A stretch of 63,237 bases of DNA, counting the filler, from Reticulomyxa filosa (lineage: Eukaryota > Protista > Foraminifera): NCBI GenBank assembly GCA_000512085.1. It is 14 parts of 14 records of this genome, joined end to end, with 100 filler letters (N's around TTAATTAATTAA, not from the genome) between each part and the next. Parts side by side here need not be neighbours in the genome. Positions count along the whole stretch, not along the records: positions 1 to 12,732 come from ASPP01005951.1; 13 more parts are not named here. One strand, written 5' to 3'. The first letter of the stretch is position 1; the number at the start of each line of letters is the position of its first letter. The position numbers and the translations under genes were made by a program. The notes below the pieces were generated by a model, which was given only the letters and a program-made list of their open reading frames with translations, searched no databases and was not told where the DNA came from. This document shows positions 1 through 12,832 of the stretch, piece after piece.

Positions 1-530
1 GTCCAATCGTGGCTTGCAGTAGAGCCGATTGGGGTAAAGACACCATGTCGAGAACGTCGGACTCTCGACATGGTAGAAAAAAATAGAACGGTGAAGCGCA
101 ATCTTTCCAGTGTGTTTATGCTATTGTTGATTGAAATTTTGTTTGATTTAAAATTGATTTGTGAAAAGAATCTTAAAAAAAGAATTCGATAGATAAGATC
201 AAAAGTGGACTTATCACCCTTTATCTTATAATCTCTCTTGACTCGTTTGAGTTTTGTTGGTCTTAATGGTGGAGTGGTCTGTTTTACATTGAGAATAAAA
301 AAGAACATAAAACAGATTATTTTCTAAGCAATCCTACAATAATAAAAACAATAGTCATTTCTATTTAGAAAAGTCAATTTTATGCAATTTTCAAAAATAA
401 TAATTTTTCATTACATACTTATTTTAATACTTTTTTATTTCCTCTTTTAAAAACAAATTGTCAAATTTCATGATCACGAAATAAACCCAAAAACAAAATC
501 ATATTTAATTTTGTTTCTTTAAAAATTATT

Positions 531-1698
531 TCATCTACCGTATTTCATAATAATTTCATCAAAATCATCTATCCATCCTAATTTTATCTTTAAAGTTCGA
601 ACCCAATGCTGAATAATAAATTTTATTTCTTTTTTTGACTGTTTATTATTTGTCAATTATTTATATTCATCAAAATAATAAATATACAAATCATACCAAC
701 TTTGAAACATCCCATACACGCATTTTAGTCTTTATGTGAGTTGATAATATTGTTTCTTTATCATCTTCTCCTCCAATGATGTGTATATCATTGTCTTCTT
801 CACTCAACATTGCAATACAATCTCGCAACGGACTAGGTAAAGTGTTTTGAAATGTTTTCCATTTGTTTTCTTGAAATGAATACTTATACACTGATTTTGA
901 AACAACACCATTGTCAATATTCCATCCACCAAAGAACAATATTACATCCCCGATGCAAACATATGCACAATTACTGAATAATGCAATATCCTTACAAACA
1001 GGTAATTTATGAAATTGAAAAGTGTTGTTACCTTCGTCATATTTAATTGATATTGCTGTCTTTTTACAAAACAACAGCATTTGATAATTTTGTTGTCTTT
1101 GTTCATTTTCTGACTTTGATACAAAGCAATGATACAATATTAAATGATCAGTTGGTAAAATATCATGTTTAATAAATTGAAATGTATTTAAATCAAATAC
1201 ACTAATATTCTCTGGATGATAAGTGATAAATAACAAATTATTGTTGCTTCCACCAATCACTGCACGCATTCCATGATAATTATCATCATCTCTTCCAATG
1301 ATAATTGGATTATTGTGATTATCTTTGAAAGGAATCCATTGATTGTAATTGTTGAATTCATTTGATTTGTTTGATATATCTGATAAATTACTCCAAACAC
1401 TTATATATTTCATCACCAATGTATGCTTGTATATATCTCCACCAAAAGACAATATAGTGATTTGATTGCTGTCTTTGTTGTTGTTATCTACTAGTTTCAC
1501 TACACAGTGTCCCCATAATTCGACATCACTTGGATACTTACAGATAAGCTTGTATTCGTTTTTGATTTTATGATAAGAATAACAATCTCTTTTGTCCCAA
1601 CCTCCACAAATGAGTAATTCGTGTTTGTGTATCACACATTGAGCATGATCAAGTCGAATGGGTAACTCCTTCAAAGTTTGAAAGGTTTGATTGCTCAT
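531..1698 (-). CDS. Kelch-repeat beta-propeller protein (2 exons: 1698-697, 638-531)
   Basis: ORF 691-1698 has Kelch-type GG...Y...W motifs (ICGGWDKRDCYSY, LSFGG, LFFGGW...VYKYSFQENKW, IHIIGG). A GT-AG intron at 696-639 joins it to a last exon SKKEIKFIIQHWVRTLKIKLGWIDDFDEIIMKYGR, ending in TGA at 533-531. Confidence 0.85.
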
Positions 1699-2562
1699 TT
1701 TAAGAAACTATGATATTTTAGATTTTTTAAAAAAGGTGAAGAAATGAAAAGTATCCTTTTAAAAGTATATGATTTGACAATGAAAACAAAAACTATAATT
1801 TTCTTAATATCGCGATGTTGATTTTATCACATAGATGCTGATTATAGTCGAGAATGCTATTTTGAAAAGTGCAAAATGTTTTTAATACTATATAAAGAAG
1901 TCTTTGATAATGACGAAATTGTTTCCAAATACTGCTTTTACAATATCTGTCATATTTACACTGCATTAAACTGAGTATTCAACTTGATCCAGTATTATGT
2001 TATTGATTGATTGAATCTTAATCATATAATAATAAAAATGCACGTACAAACAGATATCGTTTCATCCACTTTAGAACGTTTTGAAGTGCAAGTCGCTTTT
2101 GCGCAAATCAGGACAGTATTACTACATGAATAATACAAATATACAATTTTTTGTCATAGTTCGCAGTCTCTTTGTGGTTGTCCAACAGACTATTTATTAT
2201 TAAATCGTTTGCGAACACATAAGATTTGTCAATAACAGCAGATGTGACTATCTCTTCCAAAAACTTTTGAATTTGTATTCGTTCATATTATTACTTAATA
2301 TTTCAAATCAGTTGTGCTTGCCTTCGAGTTACAAAAGGAGCTAGTTTCGATAAAGTGCCAATTACACTTCACAATAACTTTAGGAAAAAAAAGACAGCAA
2401 AAACATTATTATTATGATAAAATGAAAGCAATAATAATGCAATTTTTCTAAATAACTTACATATGTATTTCCGTTAAATAAAGAAATTTCTCTTATTTAC
2501 ATTTGTGTCCACCGTTTACAGTTTTGTTTGAGAAAAGGAGCAAAACAACAAAAAAAGCACAT

Positions 2563-5355
2563 AATGACGGATGATTTAAGAGCAACAAGCGAGTTTCGAA
2601 GTAATATTGCCTCAGATTTTCGAGAGCACAGAAGCAAATCACCAATTCGATCAAGTCAACGAGACGACAGAGTACGAGATAAGCGAGAAAGAGCGATAGC
2701 AAAGACAAAGAGCCAAAGCGAACCGGGCACCGGCATCGACGATCGACTGCGACATATGCACGGCACAGACAACGACACAGAGAACGAGGTGGAGATGCCC
2801 TATGAAATTGTGTCACAACGAAGAGGGACCACCACTCCAGCGACTGTCGCCAATACCAAAGGGATGGACATTTTCATTCTGTCGGAGGACATGACAGCAG
2901 CAATAGGAACACCGGGGTCATCGGGTGATGGATATCGCAAAAGACGAAGTATTAGTATTACCGAGTTGAAATCGGCAGAAGAGTTGGACTCGGAAGACAA
3001 TGTCATTTCAAAAGCAGTTTATTTTTGTTTGAAGTTTGAATTTGTTAAAAAAAATAATAATAAAATTCAGAAATCAATACATTTTATTAAAATTATAAAA
3101 AAAAAAAGAAGAGAATGGCGCAAACGTCGTGCAGACAAACGCAAAGATCGATTTCAAAGGAATTTGAGCATGGACCACATATTGGTGATGGACGAAAAGG
3201 AAGGAGTGTTGACATCAGCATACCCGACGTGGACGATGTCGCCGCATGCATTGGGCAACACTTCGGCCAACTCGCTGTTTGTGGCGTCGCCGACGACGGG
3301 AGCACCCGAAACGCTCAACATGGACAGCTTACTGTTAAACCCGATTTTGTCGACGCGCGGAGGTGGAGTTGACAGTTGCTTGGACATTGCCGACGAAGAT
3401 CACGATCAGGATCAAGAACATAACATTGGACATACGAGAAATGACTCGGCATCGTCAATCATCATTCATAAAAAAATGCCATCGTTTACTGCCTTGTCCA
3501 TCTTTGGATCTACCGAACCTGACAAATCCATCACGCCTGAACAGCCCACTATTCCGTTGATGCCGCCTACTCATTATCGTGATCCTATGACAGACATGCT
3601 CTCGCATGATGAACCTGTCGTCGACATGTCCTTATTCTCGAGCTCGCAACAAAAGGAATTCGACTTTTTCAGTGCGTCCGACTCTCAGCTGCTTCATGAC
3701 ACCGCTTTCAAAGGCGACCAGGACGACGACATGTCAGGATACTTCATTCAACGACTCAACTCTGCTGACAACAGCGACCCCTTTGCACGCGAACAAAGTC
3801 GAAAATCGTTGGTTGTCGACTCGACCAAACTGAAACATATTCACAAAGTTTGCATAATCTAAAAATAAAAAATAAATATATGTATACGTAGTATGTATGT
3901 ACATTTATATATATATGTATATGAAACAGCAACAGCAAATGAGCCAAATGTCGTCCGAGCAACTCAAAAGCGAGCGCTCGAATTTGAAAAGCGAGGAGCT
4001 GCGCGAAACTGAAATCCAAGAAAAGAAGTCCACTAATCAACAAAGGTGTCGCAGCCAAGACAAATACAAGTCTGTGTCTGGCTTTGGGTCTGCGTCAGAG
4101 CAGTCCGATAATAGACCCAAAGATGTTCCTCCAACTGCAATTGCAAATGAGAATATTAATATAGATGTGGATGTGGATATTGATACTGATATCAATGTAA
4201 GTGTAAACATAGATTCAAACATAAGCACAAATGCAAATGCAGACGCAAGTACAGGTACGAGTACAAGTGCAAGTGTAACTGCAAGTACAAGTACGAGTAC
4301 AGAAGCAATTTCAAGCAAAAATGCGGATGCAGATGTAAATTCAAATTTGGTCTTGACAATGGCGACAGTAGGAACAAACAGAAAAAATATTGTTATCAGT
4401 ACCGGTATGCCACCTGCAGATCCCGTTGACCAACAAGTTGTTTCTTTTCCTATCAATCCCTTGTCCACACTTTCGAAAATTGACAACACAAATTATCTTT
4501 TTTTTGTAAATCAACTTTGTATAGCCAAAGAAATCAAGAGGAAGTATAAAGAGCAGTGTCATTGAAGAGAAGATTGCGAAATCGGGGAGCAGTAAGACGA
4601 CGTCAAACGATGTCACCCCGATTGCTGCCGAGCAGACCCAAAGCAATTCACCTGAAAATGAAGGCAAAATCGGGTCAACGAGGGACAGACACACTACACT
4701 CAGTGATCTCTTTAATGAAATGTATCTGAAAAAGTTCAAAGAGGAACTAGACGAAGAAGAAAAAATCGACAGCCAAATGAAAATCAAATCGATTGTACCG
4801 CCACTGTCTGTTGTATCAACTAAAGCAGAGATGCTCCCAAAGCTCAAAGAAACTCTAAAACCAAAAAGAAATCGAAAAGTTTAAAAAAACAATTTTTGAC
4901 ATTGGATTTTTTTTGAACAAATTGCTCCCTTCATATACGTATAAAACTTCATTTCCACTAATAAAATGGAATAAAAGGTGTCGAATGTGGTACTAGAAAT
5001 GTTTGACGAAAATAAAATCCCCCCAAAACCAAGCCATTTCGAAATGGAAGAAAAATCCAGTTCGCCAGAGTTTTTAGAAAACTCCAGAAAAGTATATAAT
5101 ACAATGAAAGGAAAAAATAGATACGAAATAAAGGAATGGACAATTCCACAAGTAAGTCAATTTATACAAAGCCTTGGATGGAACGAAAAAGTTTGCAAAT
5201 ATTATGATTATTTATGCTGGAAATACCAAATTGATGGAAGAAAAGCACTCCATGGATGGAATCACAAAATATGGATTGTCTGGGGTTTCCATCAAGGACA
5301 TTCGTGGAGATTAGCCAGCGAAATCAAACAAGTACTTAATAGAAATCAAATTTAA
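2563..5355 (+). CDS. Multi-exon, largely low-complexity protein with a probable C-terminal SAM domain
   Basis: ORFs 2528-3862, 3897-4565, an open frame ~4523-4878 and 4978-5355 are separated by short AT-rich GT-AG introns (boundaries approximate). The last exon, WTIPQVSQFIQSLGW...Y...YQIDGRKAL...GFHQGHSWRLASEI, fits the SAM pattern. Confidence 0.55.
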
Positions 5356-6128
5356 TGTATTTTACTATCTTTTATTGTACTTTTTTTATTTTATTTTATT
5401 TTGGATTGAATGTTTGTGATGTACAATTGATTTGAAAGAATATTAAACTTTTCAAGGTTTTTTTTTGTGCCTTGAACAATCAAACGAAGAACGCATTAAA
5501 AAAACACATATTTCATGCAATAAAACTCTACCAACTATTGATTCCAGCACATGTCTGTAGAGATGCAAGAAAGATGGTTTCTAGAGATTGTGCTAGATAA
5601 AAGTGAAATTTAAATAAAAGAAAAGGATAAAGAGTTGAATTATTACAACCCTGAAATCAGTTATGGCTAATATATCACTACATCTCTATAATAAAAAATT
5701 CAAAATTACTCAATTTAGTAATTCAACAATAATAATACCTGATACTTTTTCGTGTTTTAATATTATCACCACACTTTTTCCATTAAATTTCAAAATGGAC
5801 AACAGCATGGTGTGTCATCAGTTGAAAATAGAATAGATTCGAATTGCCTTAATGTTGACAAAGAAAATATTCAAAAATGACACAGTTTGTGTCATTACAT
5901 ACAATTACACAGTCAAATAACAAGCTATTAAACTTGATTAACATACTTTCACTTCATTTGGTTCAATATTTCCAAACATAATAAATCAATATCAAATATA
6001 TTAATTGTATCAATAGAACTGAGATAGTGGATATTTAATAAAATCAATTATCATTTTATTCAAAACAAAAAGAACAAATTCAACAAACAAATTTCTGTCA
6101 AATACAAAGAAGAACAGTGTTTGTGCTG

Positions 6129-6280
6129 TTCAATTAACAAAAAAAGTGCTTCATAACTGTGAAAACAGATTCAACAGAAAGCACATGACAAATAAAAAAA
6201 AAAAAAAATGGAACTACCACCCTTTTTGAGTACCCTTTTGGTTGCCCGATTTTGTTCAGACTTTTACATAATTTTTTAGT
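6129..6280 (+). repeat. Left arm of a ~150-bp imperfect inverted repeat (partner 7736-7886)
   Basis: Colinear with the reverse complement of 7736-7886: TTCAATTAACAAAA...CACATGACAAA..AAAAAATGGAAC..CACCC.TTTTTGAGTAC...TTCAGACTTTT. Confidence 0.8.
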
Positions 6281-7735
6281 TTTGGTTGAAATTTAAATAA
6301 TTACTGGCTGTACATTTTTTTTAGATGGAAAAAAAAAAGAAACGTTGCTAGCTTTTGTACACAATTTGTCCAATTCTTAAGACTATATAATTCGTGACGC
6401 TGTTACAAGTTTAGTATCAACATACATCAACAAAACACACAACAAGAGAATTTGCAGAAAAAAAGATTCCAGAAAGTTGTTACATTTTTTGATCAATATT
6501 TTTGATGATCTTTTATACAAAAATAATTAATTTATACAAGTTTTTTCATAAGACAATTTGTGTGATATGAAGACTTTATGACAGATTTATTGTCGATATT
6601 TGTGTATTTGACTTAAACGTACAATCATGAATTTTACATTACTATTTAATGAAAGTCATTATAAGTGTGAACGACAAGATGTTATTGTCATTGGACTTGA
6701 ACGGAATGCCTTAAACTGTATTACTTTGTAATGATTTCCATTTGTTGGCATCAAGGTATTTCAAATAGCTTTCATTTATATTTTACAATTAAATTTAATA
6801 TAGAACGCACAAAAATAATTTTCATCAAACGACAGAAATACCAAAAACGTTAGATATATTGGATGCATTAAATTTAAGAAAAAAAGGTAAACTAATTATA
6901 ACAATAAAAAAACTATACTTCATATACATCTTCAATCAAAAAAATTTCTCTTTTCTTGTTTTTCTCCTTTCGGTTCCTTTATTGCTTCTTTTTTAAATAA
7001 AGAGTATGAGCTTGCGTAAAAAAACTTTTTACAAAAACCTTTGTTGTTAATTGTTGTTTTTGAACTTTTTTATCTTGTTTTCCTTTGTGCTTACAAATAA
7101 TTATTTCTACTTGATGAATATGATTTTCATTCATGTTATTATTTCCCAATGATGATACTTGACAGTGTGAAAAATGTAAAAAAAAGGAAAATACAAGACT
7201 GCATAACTGATTCCTTTTTTGATTATTGATAATCATTAACCAATTAGTTAAAGAAAATCAAAAAATGATATTTGTAATAACAAATCTCTGTTGATGCATG
7301 ATTTTTTTTCCCTTGTACAAGTCAAGAAACGGTATTAATCAACCAATTTTACCTTTTTTTTGATGGTTTGATTTATGTAAATAATTAATAAATAAAATTC
7401 AGTGGCAGAACAAGTTCATCTAATAACGACGATATTCTTAACAGCAAGGAAATTAATACTTTTGCTGCAGTGGAATTGTGAAGGAATGTGTTATTTTCAT
7501 TATGCAGCATATATGATTTATTTTAATTAAAATTAGTCAAACAAATAGTGTGTTGAGTGTTTTTAAAAATATAATTTTTGTACTAAAAAAAATATATGTA
7601 TATTCTTCATTTTATGCAATGTCAAACACCATTTCGTTGTAAGGCCATATGAACTAAGAAAATATTGGACCCTGTCGAACACGCTTAAAAAAAAAATAAA
7701 TATTTAAAGAATAACCTTGAATAGCAATTATAAAT

Positions 7736-7886
7736 ACTAAAATTCTGTTCAAAAGTCTGAATACAATCAGACAACAGAAAGTGTACTCAAAAAGGGGTGG
7801 TTCCATTTTTTTATTTTTTCTTTGTCATGTGATTTAGGTTGAACTTAGTTTAACAGTTTAAGCAAGAAATTCTTTTGTTAATTGAA
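7736..7886 (-). repeat. Right arm of a ~150-bp imperfect inverted repeat (partner 6129-6280)
   Basis: AAAAGTCTGAA...GTACTCAAAAAGGGGTGGTTCCATTTTTT...TTTGTCATGTG...TTTTGTTAATTGAA is the reverse complement of the left arm with substitutions and small indels. Confidence 0.8.
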
Positions 7887-8567
7887 GGTAGCCAAGTCAT
7901 TATGTGTCATACTACTTGAAACAACTTGTTTTGTTTATTTTTTCTTTTTCTTTTCGACTGATATTATTTTAACAAATTGCTTATCGGGACTGACAGCACT
8001 CATCATTGTTGCTGTCATTTTTTCCAATTGTCTTAAGAGAAAGACTGCAAATTTGTAATCACTCAGATGAAAAAGAGCTCAAATGTAGTTTTCTTAGAAG
8101 GTTTGTTTATTTCTTTTTTTTCATTGCATAAGTCCGAAAAAGCATTATTAATAAAAGAATTTTAGGAATGACTGTATTTACTTTTGCTTTTTCTTTTAAA
8201 TATAAGTGATAACAATGTCAACACAATGTTGCATGATATAATTTATTTGATAGTAATGAGTCAATAATCTTTGTTGTAAATTTCACTGAACTGTTTTGAA
8301 CATAAATATGTAAAATACAAAGTTTATCTACATATAATTTGTCATACAAGACAAAAATTCTTCAAAGCATTGAATATGCGTCAGACACTCAAAAAAGTTC
8401 GTGAAAATATCGATTTTTTGTTGTTTTTGTTTGAGAACCTGTTGCAAAAATGGCATTACAACAAGTAATTTTATTGAATTTTGTTTAAATTTTAATTTTG
8501 TAAAACATTACTTGTCTACTAAAAACACTTTTTTCCAACTAAAAATGTAATCTTCAAAAGTTTTATT

Positions 8568-9323
8568 TTAAGATTGTTGCTGATTAATTGTTAAAGTTCC
8601 TGTTATTTCATCCTTTTCGATTTGTTTTCTCAACAATTGACTTTTCAACCAATCAAAAAGTTCGTCAACACGAATATCACCAGAGTCATCTGTGTCGATT
8701 TGATGCCACAATTGTTCGGCTTGATTGGTATCCAGATGCAACAATTCTTCCGCGAATTTTTGAAACTTTTTGTAAGTAATTCTTCCAGTAAACTCGCTTT
8801 TGGCATTTTTTGGAGCGCTGGTATTTGCGTGAGGGATACCAGAAGATTCTTCAGGCAAAGAATTACACATTTCCAATATACGTAAAGCCTCTTTTAATAT
8901 TTGAAAACTGGTTTGTTGTTTCATATATTTTTGCAAGCTATAGCATCCAGGATTAGTATTTGGGTCGCAAAAGTAATTTACAAATTCGCTATATGATATT
9001 TGATTGTCTACAATCTCTGAGTCCATTTCACGGAATATAGTCTCTTTACTTGGCTCTGTTATATTGCAAATTTCCAGAAATTTTGATATTTCGTTTTGCT
9101 GTAAGTAGATATTGGTTTTTTTGAATTTGCTGTAGCCACTAAATGCCCAAAACGCTTGTGCAATTGTATGTCTAAACTCATCGAATTCGTGTGCATCTTC
9201 ATTGTCCACAGATAAACTCGCTGGCTTGCTTGTCAGGTCTACGTGTTGCTCGGAAGCCTCCTTTGGAAGAAGTTTTTCTTTCTTTGAGCTTCCTAGTCTA
9301 AAGCAGGACTCGAGATTTCCCAT
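8568..9323 (-). CDS. EF-hand calcium-binding protein with an N-myristoylation motif
   Basis: Complete intronless 251-aa ORF. Starts MGNLES(C), an MGxxxS motif. EF loops DSEIVDNQISYSEF and DTDDSGDIRVDEL. Confidence 0.8.
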   Translation of the reverse strand: MGNLESCFRLGSSKKEKLLPKEASEQHVDLTSKPASLSVDNEDAHEFDEFRHTIAQAFWAFSGYSKFKKTNIYLQQNEISKFLEICNITEPSKETIFREMDSEIVDNQISYSEFVNYFCDPNTNPGCYSLQKYMKQQTSFQILKEALRILEMCNSLPEESSGIPHANTSAPKNAKSEFTGRITYKKFQKFAEELLHLDTNQAEQLWHQIDTDDSGDIRVDELFDWLKSQLLRKQIEKDEITGTLTINQQQS

Positions 9324-9780
9324 TCTTGTGTTTGTGGTTTGAATTGTATTTAACTCCCAAATTTCTAAAATCTTTTTTTTCCTTTTTTTTTGCGTTCGTT
9401 TTCACAAGAACTGTTGTTTTGTGTAATCCCAAAAAATTTTAGAAAGTTGCACGAGTTTATCGTTTTTTATGTGCATGCGTCTTAAAATTGTTTCAGTATT
9501 AGATTATGTTGCACGATGTTTATGTTGTTTTAAATTCTTCATCTTCTTTAGAAATGATATGGCTTGCCAAAAAAAAAGTAAAATTTGCGAACCTTTATAT
9601 GAAAATGCAAACAGGGAGACTCTTTCAATTAGTTGTGCATAATCTGGAGTTATGTGAACAAAAGATGTAAGATTTTCCGCAAATAAATAAATGTCCCCAA
9701 TAAAAAGAAAAACGAAACTGAAATTAAATAGAAAGAAAAAAATTTTAACATATATGAAGTTTGAAAAGGCATTCTTTTAT

Positions 9781-12590
9781 TTATTTTGGTCCACGTGTCT
9801 GACCAACAATACTCTTAGCCAATAAGCTCAATCCAAAAGATTGATATGAATTCCACGTAGTGTCGTATTGGAAATTTTTGTTGGGATCACTGGAACTATT
9901 ATCATTCGTTTCGCTTTGATGTTGGATGTGACTTGGCTCAACATTTTTCACCGAGCGAACTGGAGTGCCTAGATTCGTGAAACGAGTGTCATTTAATGTA
10001 CTCGAAGACGAACGAGAGCCAATCCAATTGGTTTCCAAATTGCTTGATAAAAGCGACGAATGTGATTGAGTTACATCTTTGTCTTCACTCGTTTTCCAAT
10101 ACTTTTCGCTTTTATTTCCAAGTGATTGAACAGATGCAAATAATAAATGCAACAATTTTGTCATTTGGAGTTCATCCGTTCGAACCTCGCCTGAGTGAAT
10201 AGGATTGGTATTAGTCCATTCAGAAAGATACGATTTTATTTCCGGATGTTTTGAAATATTCCACGAATTCATCTCACTATACTTTAACAACGTGCTTAAT
10301 ATAATGATTTGCTGTGGAGAATGACAATCGCGATGACTCCATCCTTCTTGTACGTAATTCGCAAGCGCGCCATTGCCTACCCAATTCTGGAAAAGACTTT
10401 CCAGTAAATATTTGACATTGACAAGCACCTGTCTGTCAATCAAAGGTTCGTTTTCAGAGTCCAAATGAGTGTTATTGCTATTGTTGTAACATCCAAATGA
10501 TTTCATAATTTCGAAAGCCATCAATGTATTTTTTTTGGAGGTTTGGAAATAAAACGTGTCAATTATTTTGACGTCCCATGGGAATGATAACAGCGAAAAA
10601 TCCTCCCCACTGCCGACAAGATGATCATTAGTGCGATACAAAACCTGCAATGGACGGAACAGTTGCAAATAATCGTTTACACTCTCCCGATAGGCGTGTT
10701 GTCGAGTATGTTTCTTTTTCACGTAAATCACGCCATTGTGTAGTTTGAAAGTATTGAGTATTTGATTGTCATTACAGTTGAGTGTGATTGACCAGTACAC
10801 GTCTTCGCTCTCTTTTTTTTTGGAGGACTTGTTCTGTGTTTCATTTCCATGTTTTGGAGTGTCGTCATTGTAAATGAAGAGACTTTTGATCCGATGCAAT
10901 GGGGGTAAGATGAGTGGAGTCTGTTTTGTAATTATCGACTTTGAATGGCCACGTTTTTTCTTCATCTCAATATTCACATTCATTGGTATTAGTCTTTGCG
11001 TATCGACGTCAACAGTCACTAAGTAGCGATTTTCGATGCTCAAATACCATAAATGTCGGAAAGTCCTTTTTTTTTTTTTTTTTTTATGTATGAAAGAGAA
11101 TAATATGTGCATACATATTGTATTGGCTTGCATTCTGAATGTAAACATACCTGCAAATGATAGATATTGTCACAGAATCGCATGGGAAATCTTGGATATA
11201 GAGCGATGAGCAACGAGGCGATACCGACATTGTTGTTGTGAGTACTCAAAGTCAATCGACCTCCATTTAAAAACAAGAAGCCGGTGGCCATGCTATACAT
11301 CATGTGAATGCCATAGCTGATGTCCGATTTTCCTCCTTTCTTTTGTTTGGAATCGACAAAAGATTGCAGATAACGAATCAGTTTCAACGTTTTCAACTGT
11401 CCGCTGCCACTCATGACCAATGACAAACTAATGACGATCAACGCCAGACACAGTTCGATCATGTATTTTTCGACATTACATCCTTTTACACGATACTCTA
11501 AAAACTCTTTCGCATAATGAGTGATCAAATGATAGCACTTTTTATTTTGAGTGCCTGCGTATTTCATACCTTTACAAAACAACAAAGCAAAAAAAAAGCC
11601 TTTCTAATGAACCACACACATACACATGAATAACAGAGGACAAACAAGACTTGCCTAGACTCATGCAAGCACTACTGACAATGTTTAAATATATTTCATT
11701 GAAAACATTGTCTTTGCCAACTTTGGATTTGGACTTGGATTTACTCTGCGAATTGGAATGGTCACTCAAATATTTGGAAACAATGGTAGGCATTTGTTCA
11801 TGTAGCCATGACGAGGTCGGCGAAATTGCGTCCCAAAGGATTACATTTCTGCAGAGATTTTTTAAGTACACCCAGTCGGCACGAATATAATCAATGTAAA
11901 ACAGATTGTTGCAAATCTTTAATTGATTGCTTACGAATGTGTTATTCGTTTTCAAGTACATCAGTCCAATGGCAAGAATGGCACCTGACGTGGTCATGTC
12001 CGTGTTGATCGATTCGCTTTCACGCACACACGAATTGCGCAACATATCTGTATCTGACTCCATCATGTTGCCCGAGTCGGGGAAATCACTAAAGTTTGGA
12101 GTAAAGTAATGAATGGCCGCTTGCAAATATTCTTGTGATGACATTGCAAACGTCTTTTTGTTATTGTTGTTCATGTCATTGCCATTGTTGTCGTGATTTT
12201 GATTTTTGTTTTCGTTGTTTGTATCGCTCTCGTCCAACCCGTCTTCATCAAACGCATCTCCTCCAGAGTGATACCATAACAAATAGTCGTTTGCACAAGA
12301 GTTTACGGGCGGTTGGTTATTCTTTTGCACACTTCGATTGAATTGCATCAACTCACTTTGAATCAGCACATTAAATCCCTCCATATTCATTCCATGTGCG
12401 CCAGTGCTCCCACCAATGCCATTGTTTAGACCATATCTGCTAATCGGATACGAACTTCCGCAGTTGTGTTGGCTCGTATTGTTGTTGGCACTTTTCATTT
12501 TTATGTCCAATAAGTATTGCAAAATCTTGCATTTTTCATTGCCATATTTCCCGCCCATCAATGCCAATAAGCGATTTAATAAATATTCAT
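9781..12590 (-). CDS. ANAPC1: Anaphase-promoting complex subunit 1, 3' part (5' end lost at contig break)
   Basis: APC1 PC-repeat motifs occur in order: GAILAIGLMYLKTNN, RNVILWDAISP, SACMSLGMKYAGT, LSLVMSGSGQL, YGIHM..MATGFLFLNGGR, LLIALYPRFP..DNIYHLQ.FRHLW. Introns at 11654-11570 (GC-AG) and 11150-11066. Confidence 0.92.
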
Positions 12591-12683
12591 TGTTGTTATT
12601 ATTTCCTTAATGTGTATACACAAATATTTAAACGTGTTAACAAAGAAAAATAAAAACAAAAAAAAATAAAAAATAAAAAAATA

Positions 12684-12724
<41 letters not shown>

Positions 12725-12732
12725 ATAAGTGA

Positions 12733-12832
12733 NNNNNNNNNNNNNNNNNNNNNNNNNNNNNNNNNNNNNNNNNNNNTTAATTAATTAANNNNNNNNNNNN
12801 NNNNNNNNNNNNNNNNNNNNNNNNNNNNNNNN
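12733..12832. other. Artificial contig spacer N44-TTAATTAATTAA-N44 (first of 13)
   Basis: Identical 100-bp spacers, with stops in all six frames, start at 12733, 33037, 34881, 36466, 37681, 39002, 41004, 46437, 47843, 49276, 58078, 59218 and 61689. Confidence 0.98.

Noticed and set aside
3-120. U2 or U1 snRNA, suggested by the TTGCAGTA loop and a T-rich Sm-like run on the minus strand
   Set aside because: The loop and the Sm-like site are on opposite strands, and no branch-point-pairing or U1 5' sequence is visible.
11060-11070. Apparent non-canonical GG splice acceptors (APC1 at 11065; also 55989 and 58577)
   Set aside because: In APC1, removing one base beside the long homopolymer gives AG|GCT TTC CGA, the conserved HLQAFRHL. 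The GKRP intron has an in-phase AG at 56010. The remaining case is a single unverified site.
12777-12788. TTAATTAATTAA palindrome as a biological motif
   Set aside because: It is always centred in exactly 44+44 Ns, so it is an artificial six-frame stop linker.
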